A stretch of DNA of 64,000 nt, from the NCBI GenBank assembly GCA_051530055.1, contig CM121342.1, positions 15,143,480 through 15,207,479 of the forward strand, in the 5' to 3' direction. Shown here one piece after another: positions 49,899 through 61,100 of this stretch (the stretch's first letter is position 1; every line of letters starts with the position of its first letter). The notes beneath the pieces were generated by a model. That model did not search any database. It saw only the letters and a list, made by a program, of their open reading frames with translations, and was not told the DNA's origin. The stretch is from Neoechinorhynchus agilis. Taxonomy: Eukaryota > Animalia > Acanthocephala. The position numbers and the translations under genes were made by a program.

Positions 49899-52139
49899 AA
49901 GGGAGTTGAAACATGTGAGCTAACGGTTAGATCTTCACACCGTTATAAAATTCTGAACGTTGACAGCCAAAAATTAACAACTTTCCCCCAAATCGGAAAA
50001 AATTAAAATTCTGTCAAATTATTGAGCAACAAGTGTTCGAAAAACATCAGATTTTAAATGATAATATCGAGCTTTTTACTATATAAAATCGCATCATCTG
50101 CATACAATTACGATAAATGCTTTCTTAAAAAATTCAATGTCTAAGCGTGGAAATGTGCGTCTAATGACAACAAAAAGTGAATTCCGAAAACGGTTCGTGG
50201 TTGCAAGAATTAAATGTTAGGTTAACTCCATTTATCACTTAATTTTTTAAACAAAAACAAATATTTTGAATAATCCGATAAAGAAATGGACTTAAATATC
50301 TCTTATTTAAGAAAATGAAAAGCGAAAATTAACCGAGGAATGATTATGTATAAAAAATGCAAAAATATAATACAAATATTTTTAGTCATTTTAATCTGAA
50401 TAACAAATGACGATTGAAACCTTTGTGTTGTTGCAAAAGAATATAACGCCACTTTTATTTGTTAATTCAAACAAAAACAAATATTAAGTTCAAATCGACA
50501 CGAGAAATAAACGACAAACTTGTGTTTAATGTATAGATAGGAACGACTTAGAATTTTATGAAACGAACTAAAGTTGCTCAAATATATTATTGCACTTTGT
50601 TATTCCAAAATAAAATGAATAAATACTTCTACACATAAATTTTTTACATGTTTTTAGCATTTTCTCTAATCGTTGCCAATACAAAGTTTAGCACTTTTCT
50701 AAACCGAATTATTTTGCAGAAATACCTAATATGTAGACACACCAATGAACGTAAAGGTCGCGGAGAATGCTAAATAATCATCGACTGTGGTTTTAGACAA
50801 GGATAGAAAACCAGTGTTTTATCTGCCATGGTTACTGCGAAAGCAGTGAGTTTGTACAAATTAGTGCCTTCAAATGGTCTTCTGGAAAATGAAATGCAGG
50901 AAAATTGATTCGCAATATTGTAAACAATTACAATTATCCACACAAACATTTTTCGTCGACGTTTTGCTAGACACTTGAATTGTTGTTGAACTAAAGTAAA
51001 ATAATCAGATACGAATTGGTATAAGAAAATTCGTTGGCGTGTTCGCGGTTTTCAAGAAAAATTATGAACTATAAATCTCCGGAGCGACCGATTCCTTGAT
51101 TTAGGATAACACTAACACGATCGATGAAGAATTATGTGTAGACTCGACGTGGAATTGAAGGTATGAAATTTGCACGATAAATTAATAACACGTTTATTTG
51201 TTTTCTAAAAAGGTCGTTTGATATAAATATAAGACATAACAATTGATTAAAGTTAGCGTCTATGCTAATAAAATATTTTATGAGGCTTGTGCCGGATAGT
51301 TTCGTCCTGCGAAAAGAATTTCTTAATAGCTCTCTTTTTTGATTTGCGCTTCTTATTCACAAGTCCAATACTTGTAACTAAAGCAATAAAACAGATCAAA
51401 ATCCTTTTGTTATTTGGTGAGAATTCTATTATTACGCGAGATGGATACAGATTATTTTTGCTTTTCATTTGAAACGTTTTTATGTTCAGCTGAACACTTT
51501 TAGGAATTCGAAATAATGTTTGTCTTTACCAAATAACAGTCACTCAACGTTGGCATCTCGGAGTCTGATAATGTTCAAAATATAAATTCCCGCACTGATC
51601 TCTAAAAATGTGCACAACAACCGAACCGGTAAAAATTTTTACCGCAATTTCTTACCTAAGTAACACCAATTAAATCTTTTAAAAATCTGTCCCAACATTT
51701 AATAGGTAAAATCATTTTCTTCTACATGGTTGAGTTCTTTGATACTCCCCGATAATACCATTGTTTGTCTTCCTAATCATTTTCTCCGTTGAAATTTTCC
51801 CTTCCGAATATTGTTTTACATGAATTTCTCTGCGAAGATCGGAAGGGTCGCTAAATGCTGCTCAATATTTTTGTCATTGTGTTTTAGCGATTTCGATGAA
51901 CCATCAATTTTTTCTTTAACTCTGATTTTTTATATCTGTCTTTTTGCTCCGATATTACAGTTAAAGATTCATTCTTGTGCCATGCCAATCGACAAAAAGT
52001 GACGATGAAAAGTTTTTTGTCAAAATTTAAATGGAGCTCATATTTTAATCTGGCGTAACCTCCACTTAATTTCTTCATTTCCCGTCTAAAAGTTCGTTCC
52101 ATCTAATGTATTGGATAATCTATACAATCAAGTGGCTCT

Positions 52140-52880
52140 TTTTTATGTCTGCCAAATAATGCCTGGAACGTTATGTCGTCGCGTTCATGAATGTAGTTTA
52201 CTTTTAAGAATCCAAATCTGATCTGAGCCATGAACTGCAAACGACATCATGACTTGTCCTTTCTTCATATAATTTGCAATGAAATCAATGTATTAAAACT
52301 TTTCTTGAAATGTCTTTAAAATGCGGATGAACTTCCCCGGAATATCATGTACGCTAACTAAAATTTATTGTGGAATCTATGGGGTAAGGAGATTCTAACT
52401 AAATCGACGTCATCTAATCCTTAGAGCGCTTATAAGCTACTCGTCGGATCTACGTTGGACCTAATGATCTCTAAAAACGTCATCACGGCTCCGTTGGGTG
52501 CATCGATCGAAAAAAGGCCCTCAATGTCGTAATAAATGCATCCGTTGTATTTAATCTATTTGAGTTAATTAGCACTTTTATCGTATTTTCAATAAAACTC
52601 ACCCTGATTCTGACGTAGATATCCCCTGAAAAGACGAGGACTCTATACCGGACTGCTGTAAGATGACAGCACTCACTATTTCCGATAGCGGCACAAATGT
52701 CCTTTTCCATTTCATTCACCATTCCTTGGACTATGGAGTATGCGATATGAGTTGCCATTGTCTTTTTCGAGCGATGAAAGCTTCAACCTTTAACGTATTC
52801 ACACATTCTCTCTTATCCGCTCCTGAAGTGCAGCAAACTGTCAATATTCGCCGAAGTTTTGCTTTCTATATACGGTAAAC
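52140..52880 (-). CDS. Unidentified spliced gene (tentative)
   Basis: Two gtgagt donors with matching acceptors join MATHIAYSIVQGMVNEMEKDICAAIGN-RDIYVRIR-IKYNGCIYYDIEGLFSIDAPNGA in frame. No family recognised; ends uncertain. Confidence 0.3.
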
Positions 52881-53364
52881 AATTGGCGATGGATTTGTAA
52901 ACATTATGCATCTAAGTTGTCATCAGACGTTGAAGGAAAGCAAAAAAGTAATGAAGATTGTTTATTGCGAATTCGTCGTCCTTTTAGTGGATTATAAATT
53001 AATTTTTTTTTCGATAATTCCTATACGTTCATTGAATTTCAATTTTATCAATCAAAATAGCGACCGGTTCCACTCTTCTTTTGAATTTTTCACTCTTGGA
53101 TTCATTTCAATTTTTTTCCTTCGTCTGTTATCATTTATTCATAAGAGGGAAAAGATCTACCGGTTGATCGATATGGCGCCTAGCTCGCCCTTTTTGCCTG
53201 ATGAAGGAAGGTTCTTGTTTCTTTATTTTTTAATTCATTTTAAGTACTTTTATACAACTTTAGAAAGGAACATTCACATATACTGCCGTCGTACTATTTG
53301 TTGCCTTTAAGTAAACTTTTGCTAAGTCTCCTATTTTAACTCTTATTATTTTCAGATTTTTACA

Positions 53365-54857
53365 ATGAGAGGGATCTACAACTCAATAAAATCGGTCACT
53401 CTCTCTCTGGCGGATTACGTTACTCCTGTAATGAAGGAATCCACGTTTGAAGAAACTGGTTAAATCTACGATTCATTTTCTGCACTATTTTATACTGAAA
53501 ATGCCACAGAAAAATATCTTTAAGCAGCAAGTAAAAATCTGAAGTTGTCTGATAACACTGCTGGGTTTTGACAGCCGTTTTTAATGTTTTTGTCGATCTT
53601 AAAAACACATTTAAGTATTTTGCTCAATTTTAAAGAAACAAATTGACAAGTTATTCTCTTCTCCGATGGTAAATAGCACAATGTTCTCTTAGGACACTTA
53701 TTGAATTTTCTCGTAATTCGTATCGTTCACTATTAACGATGGATAAAACAAATCTTTCGATCTTGCATCTCACTTCAAGGACCACAGATATGAAATTGCG
53801 TTCATTGCTGAATCGATTAGATCGAAAATGCGTACTAGAACAGTGCAATATTAAGTTATTATTCTAAAACGTCGGCACATAAATTTCATTTTTAAAGTTT
53901 TCATTGAAAAAAATCCAGCCCGATAAATGCTCTAGTTACATTGAATTGAATGGCGATCATGTTTCCTAGTGGTTCTTTGTCTTTAAAATTTGCGGGTATG
54001 ATTTAGAAAACTTTAAGTGCTAACTTATTTTTGACGATTTTTGAGACTTGATACCTAGTCCAAGACAAAGAGAAACTTTATCGTAGGTGTATATTACTCC
54101 AGATGAATTTGTCCAATCCGGTGACTTTCTTATACATATCTGTCCTGCTTGGAAATGGTCGAAGGCTTCAGACTCAAAATCAACGTGTTCTTACCTTCCA
54201 TCTGATAAACAAATGCTTCGAACCCTCAACGTTCCATGCTCTGAACGCGTCAACGATGTCCAAATGAATGACGAGAAGGAGATTGATGGTTTTATAGCTC
54301 CTTTTCACGTAGAAAAGCCTTCTGAAGTTGAAGAGCAGTTGGCTAGTGCACAAGAAGATTTACAGGCTTTCGATATGGACACCTATAGCAGTCAAAAGGG
54401 GGATTTCGAAGTTTTAGCTCTTGATGAAACTGATGAGAGCATAATACGGTTAACGGATGTGGTCGATACGCGTACTTACGACCTTTTCATAACCTATGAC
54501 AAATATTATCGGACTCCTCGTTTTTGGTTTTGTGGCTATGATCACCAAGGACGACCCCTTTCGATGAATCAAATGAAGGAAGACGTTAGTATACAGCATA
54601 TCGCGAAGACTGTAACCTTCGAGTACCATCCTCTGATGGGTGGAATTTGTATGTTATCCGTACACCCATGCAAGCATGCAGAAGTAATGAAGAAGCTCAT
54701 CTGGACCTGCATTCCTAGAAAAGACGGTATCGACCAGGACAATAAAGCGATGAAGCACCTTCCCATGCATATGTATATGGTTATCTTCTTAAAGTTCATT
54801 CAAACAGTTGTGCCTACGATTCAATGCGACTTTTCCAAGAATGTGGAATTCTTCTAA
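53365..54857 (+). CDS. ATG3: Autophagy E2-like enzyme ATG3, two exons
   Basis: Exon 1 MRGIYNSIKSVTLSLADYVTPVMKESTFEETG; exon 2 YITPDEFVQSGDFL, RTYDLFITYDKYYRTPRFW, SVHPCKHAEVMK, FLKFIQTVVPTI. Confidence 0.95.
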
Positions 54858-55329
54858 AAGATTGTTATTTCGACATGAAAAGAGATATTTGTGTATGCTG
54901 CTATCCATAAGCCAAAACCATACAAGTAAATCATAAAATTGGGCTTTTCAAAAATCGTCATCAGTTTTATTATCGCATTGGTTTTCGTTAACTGCGTTGA
55001 AATCAAGCGCAAGAATTTTAACGCCCTTCGTGTTCCTATCTTCTAACCAACGCATCGCAAACGCTGTCTCAAACATTTGCTTATGGAACTATCGAAAAAC
55101 AACAAAAACTCCGCAAATGGCATCCATCGGTTTTGGTGCTCTTTAGTAGAATATCTCGCGATATTAACAATACCGTATCGCGGGTTTAAGTTCCAACAAT
55201 ACGAAGCTGAACCGAGCTAAAGTTAGGCTGCTCGATTTTTATATTTGGGACGAGATTACGGGGATTGACCGTTTTCAATTATTGGTTAACATAGTTTGAA
55301 ATCATATCACGATGGCGACCGAAATAAGT

Positions 55330-57330
55330 TAAGATGTCAAGAAATCGCAAAAAAACAAAATTGAGCCCAATTATTCCAAGCCGCCACAGCAGTGTGCCTC
55401 ATGCATCGCATCACATTCTCAATTCGCGCAAGACCTTTTCTGCACATAAACTCGCCTTCTTTCCCACTCACCTATGGTGGAAAACACGAAAAGCGCCCAA
55501 GGTTTTGAAAAACAAAGCTTTTCTCAAACTATCAAACTCCGACCTCCTTGCTACACTAAACTCTATCAATGGGCAACTTTGTGACTCTCACTCTAACACA
55601 AACAAACCATCATCCCCTTCCAAATCTACATCACCGTTCTCAGCATTCCCAACTGGGCTCTACGCTTTATCATCCCAGATTTAATTGATCCACCTACCCG
55701 TATAATCAACCGAAGTTTCAAGACCGGAATCTTCCTTAATTGCCTTCAAACAGCTCGGGTAACCCTGCTCCCGAAAGCGGGTAAACTTATATCCACCTCA
55801 GGTTTTCGACCCATATCTATCTTACCTTCTGTAGTGACATGACGGCATAACGTGTGACGCACACTTGTGCAACGTTGATATGTGAGTGTGTGTGGGTTTT
55901 AGTTAGTTTTTTGATTTGTTGGTTGACACATAAAATAGTTGAAGAATCAAAGGATATGAACACGACACCTTCCTTCTCTAAAATCTTAGAGAGATGCTTT
56001 AATGCACACCTTCTTCCAATCTTCCATCGTAAAATTTCACTTACTCAATTCGGTTTCCGGCAAAAAAATTTGCAACTCATGCCCTACTCTTCATTTATTA
56101 GACTCTCCGACGTAACTTTACCCGTATCATTCAACTTGATTTGTCGAAAGCATTCGACTCCGTGGACTACTCACTATTTCTAAGGGCCTGCTCCGATTTT
56201 GGTCTCAACTTGTGACAGATCCGTGGGATCAAAAATCTTATCTTTACAATCGCAAACAATACATTCAATGTCGTTCTACCTCCTCTATCAGCGTATCCCT
56301 CATCAAAGGCGTACCTCAAGGTGCTGTGCTGTCACCATTTCTTTTTAATATTTTCATAAACGGTCTCAGGCATCTCTCCTCTCACTCTAAAGTTTTCCAA
56401 TATGCAGACGATCTCACCTCATCACCCAATCACCACCTCGCCTCTCTCTCCTTAACCTCTATCGAAATCACACACATAAAAGATTTCTGTACCAATCACA
56501 AACTCCACCTGAATTTCTCTAAATGCATTGGCATGATCCCCTCATTCTCTCGCAACCTCACATCCTACCCGAGCTTTTAAGTGGCATACCTCCCTAAGAA
56601 TTCTTGATCTCCAATTTCAATAACACTTTAAATGTCACTCGCATATTACTCCCTCCCTCAAGCTCAACACCTTTAAAATTTATCTCCTCAAACGCCTTCG
56701 ACATTTAGGAATCCCTTCACCCGATTTTTACAAATTTTACTTCAGGGTTATCCCGTGTTCTGCAACCTTTCCAAATTTCAATTCCGTCGTTTTGAAATGT
56801 TTTATAAAAGAGCATCTAAAATTTGCACAACTGACTTTCTCCCTCCCACGGATTGCCTTGATACTATTTTCAAAAAACAATCAAAACGCCTATCAACCCT
56901 ACCAGCTAAATTTCCACCACAGATCACCCCTTCTTCACACGTTTCATTAAACAATCAAAACGCCTATCAACCCTACCACCTAAATTTCTACCACATATCA
57001 CCCCCTCTTCACACGAGCACGACACTCGTAATTCTAATTCGTTTCATTCTCCTATACTTCGCACCGCCCTATGGCTGCGCTATTTTTTTATGCAGCCCAA
57101 TCTTCTCGGATATCATAGCTTGAAATAAACCAGACGAAATACCAACCTTACAAGCGCTCTTGCAAACAATAAACTCTAGTTTCCACCACAGCGGACATCC
57201 CCCGACTTGATCGACCCACCCGAATTGACATACATCGACCGGATATTCTCACTTTAACGGATACGCTTTTTTTGAAATACTGAACTCGAGTGATTGTGAA
57301 GACCCAAAGGTACATGGGTCCTAATCTTCT
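55330..57330 (+). mobile_element. Decayed L2/CR1-group LINE (RT), copy 2
   Basis: RVTLLPK, FRPISILPSFSKILE, QFGFR, DLSKAFDSVD, GVPQGAVLSPFLFNIFIN, QYADD. Internal ~74-bp tandem duplication at about 56874-57020. Confidence 0.87.
55830..55967. mobile_element. 138-bp solo LTR-like insertion
   Basis: TGTAGTG...CACGACA termini (TG..CA, 6/7 inverted) with 5-bp TSD CCTTC (55825-29, 55968-72). Removal restores the LINE frame ILPSFSKILE. Confidence 0.75.
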
Positions 57331-57436
57331 TTGTGCATTAACAGTTACAAGAACATTAATAAAACGTGTTATTATTAAATTATTTCTCACAAAAATCATG
57401 GAAACTTTAACGGGTTGTTGTAATGGTAGATACAAA

Positions 57437-57950
57437 TCCTTATCTCCGAGCTTTCGGCGCCTTACGTCTTCCTCACGAATCTATAAAAGGCGCGTGGAGA
57501 TGTGAAATGTGTGTTAAAGTAGCGACATCGAAGCGGAAAGTTCGTCCCGCTTGTTGAGCAGTTCTTGAACCTTGTCGAGTGGATGTCTAGAACTCTCCCT
57601 CGCAGTCTTTGGAAACACCTTCCCTTTCGAACCGCCGGGACATAAGCAATGCCTCGGCGATAGATAGCTCAATCGGGTCCCTGGCCACAAACCCAACTCA
57701 CGTGCTGAGTTTTACTTATCCGTCGTTGTGGAACTCTAAGTAGTGTTTTCCCCATAGTGTTGCCATCATTTTGCCTCAAGATTACAGACGAACTCGCGAA
57801 TTTAATCGACCAAATATCGTTCGAAGGTCATTTAGTAGGCAACATTGCTTCGAGTGAAAATCGAATATTGGTGGCCATTTGTGTCCACAGTTGCTCCTCG
57901 ATTTTAATATCAAACTTTGGAATTAATTTCAGACTTCGTAAAAGATTAGG
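57437..57950 (-). mobile_element. Penelope-like family A copy 3 with hammerhead (C3>G)
   Basis: TRSNVAY*MTF...DPIELSIAEALL...LLNKRDELS stop, then GUGAGGA A GACG uaagg CGCC GAAA GC UC GGAG at 57437-57492. Confidence 0.75.
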
Positions 57951-58169
57951 CATTAGCATTTTTATCTTTTTCCATGTAAAGCGCTGCTTTAATTTAGGCT
58001 GCAATCTTTTTTCCAAAATATTGTCGTGATCAATTTTCTTTTGTTTATTTTTGCGAAGAATCTTTATAAATCCGGATTCACAAAAAACATGGTATTTTAT
58101 CGTCTAAGTGAATTGTTTTTGTAACCTTAAACTTAGTGTCCAATCTTAATTTTTATTATTATAACGAGC

Positions 58170-61100
58170 ATTTTTAGTGAAGGTAGACATAACGCAGTTG
58201 CTGTGTCGCTGACCCGAATTTCGTCAGCAATATCTCGATATAAACAGAGGTAGACGTAACGCAGTTGTTCTTTCTCTGATGCGTATTTCGTCAGCAACAT
58301 CTCAATATTTACAGAAACAGATGTAACGCACTTGTTGTTTCCATGACACGCATTTCGTACAGTAATATTTTGATAATTATATACGCAGGCGTAGCGCAGT
58401 TGCATCTCCGACGCGCCATTTCGTACAGAGATATCTCAATATTTATGGAAGCAGACGTAACAATTTTGTTGTGTCTCTAACGCGCTGTTCTTCAACAATA
58501 TCTCGACACTTGCAGAGGAAGACATTACGCATTTGTTGCATCTCCGACGCGCATTTCTTACAGCAATATCTTGATAATTATAGAGACAGATGTAACGCAG
58601 TTCTTGTATCTCCGACGCGCATTTCGTACAGAGATATCTCAATATTTATGGAAGCAGACGTAACAATTTTGTTGTGTCTCTAACGCGCTGTTCTTCAACA
58701 ATATCTCGACACTTGCAGAGGTAGACATCACGCATTTGTTGCATCTCCGACGCGCATTTCTTACAGCAATATCTTGATAATTATAGAGACAGATGTAACG
58801 CAGTTCTTGTATCTCCGACGCGCATTTCGTACAGAGATATCTCAATATTTATGGAAGCAGACGTAACAATTTTGTTGTGTCTCTAACGCGCTGTTCTTCA
58901 ACAATATCTCGACCTTGCAGAGGAAGACATCGCATTTGTTGCATCTCCGACGCGCATTTCTTACAGCAATATCTTGATAATTATAGAGACAGATGTAACG
59001 CAGTTCTTGTATCTCCGACGCGCATTTCGTACAGAGATATCTCAATATTTATGGAAGCAGACGTAACAATTTTGTTGTGTCTCTAACGCGCTGTTCTTCA
59101 ACAATATCTCGACACTTGCAGAGGAAGACATTACGCATTTGTTGCATCTCCGACGCGCATTTCTTACAGCAATATCTTGATAATTATAGAGACAGATGTA
59201 ACGCAGTTCTTGTATCTCCGACGCGCATTTCGTACAGAGATATCTCAATATTTATGGAAGCAGACGTAACAATTTTGTTGTGTCTCTAACGCGCTGTTCT
59301 TCAACAATATCTCGACACGCAGAGGCAGACATCACGCAGTTGTTGCATCTCCGACGCCTTTCTTACAGCAATATCTTGATAATTATAGAGACAGATGAAC
59401 GCAGTTCTTGTTCTCCGACGCGCATTTGTACAGAGATATCTCAGAATTTATGGAAGCAGACGTAACAATTTTGTTGTGCTCTAACGCGCTGTTCTTCAAC
59501 AATATCTCGACACTTGCAGAGGCAGACATCACGCATTTGTTGCATCTCCGACGCGCATTTCTTACAGCAATATCTTGATAATTATAGAGACAGATGTAAC
59601 GCAGTTCTTGTATCTCCGACGCGCATTTCGTACAGAGATATCTCAATATTTATGGAAGCAGACGTAACAATTTTGTTGTGTCTCTAACGCGCTGTTCTTC
59701 AGCAATATCTCGACACTTGCAGAGGAAGACATTACGCTTTGGTTTCATCTCCGAAGCGAATTTCTAACAGCAATATCTTGATAATTATAGAAGCAGATGT
59801 AACGCAGTTCTTGTATCTCCGACGCGCATTTCGTACAGAGATATCGCAATATTTATGGAAGCAGACGTAACAATTTTGTTGTGTCTCTAACGAGCTGTTC
59901 TTCGACAATATCTCGACACTTGCAGAGGTAGACATCACGCAGTTGTTTCATCTCCGACGCGCATTTCTTACAGCAATATCTTGTTAATTATAGAGACAGA
60001 TGTAACGCAGTTCTTGTATCTCCGACGCGCATTTCGTACAGACATAACTCAATATTTATGGAAGCAGACGTAACAATTTTGTTGTGTCTCTAACGCGCTG
60101 TTCTTCAACAATATCTCGACACTGGCAGAGGAAGACATTACGCATTTGTTGCATCTCCGACGCGCATTTCTTACAGCAATATCTTGATAATTATAGAGAC
60201 AGATGTAACACAGTTCTTGTACCTCCGACGCGCATTTCGTACAGAGATATCTCAATATTTATGGAAGCAGACGTAACAATTTTATTGTGTCTCTAACGCG
60301 CTGTTCTTCAACAATATCTCGACACTTGCAGAGGAAGACATTGCGCTTTGGTTGCATCTCCGACGCGCATTTCTTACAGCAATATCTTGATAATTATAGA
60401 AGCAGATGTAACGCAGTTCTTGTATCTCCGACGCGCATTTCGTACAGAGATATCGCAATATTTATGGAAGCAGACGTAACAATTTTGTTGTGTCTCTAAC
60501 GCGCTGTTCTTCGACAATATCTCGACACTTGCAGAGGTAGACATAACGCAGTTGTTTCATCTCCGACGCGCATTTCTTACAGCAATATCTTGTTAATTAT
60601 AGAGACAGATGTAACGTAGTTCTTGTATCTCCGACGCGCATTTCGTACAGAGATATCTTAGAATTTTGTGGAAGCAGACGTAACAATTTTGTAGTGTCTC
60701 TAACGCGCTGTTCTTTAACAATATCTCGACACTTGCAGAGGCAGACATCACGCATTTGTTGCATCTCCGACGCGCATTTCTTACAGCAATATCTTGATAA
60801 TTATAGAGACAGATGTAACGCAGTTCTTGTACCTCCGACGCGCATTTCGTACAGAGATATCTCAATATTTATGGAAGCAGACGTAACAATTTTGTTGTGT
60901 CTCTAACGCGCTGTTCTTCGACAATATCTCGACACTTGCAGAGGTAGACATCACGCATTTGTTGCATCTCCGACGCGCATTTCTTACAGCAATATCTTGA
61001 TAATTATAGAGAAAGATGTAACGCAGTTCTTGTATCTCCGACGCGCATTTCGTACAGAGATATCTCAATATTTATGGAAGCAGACGTAACAATTTTTTTG

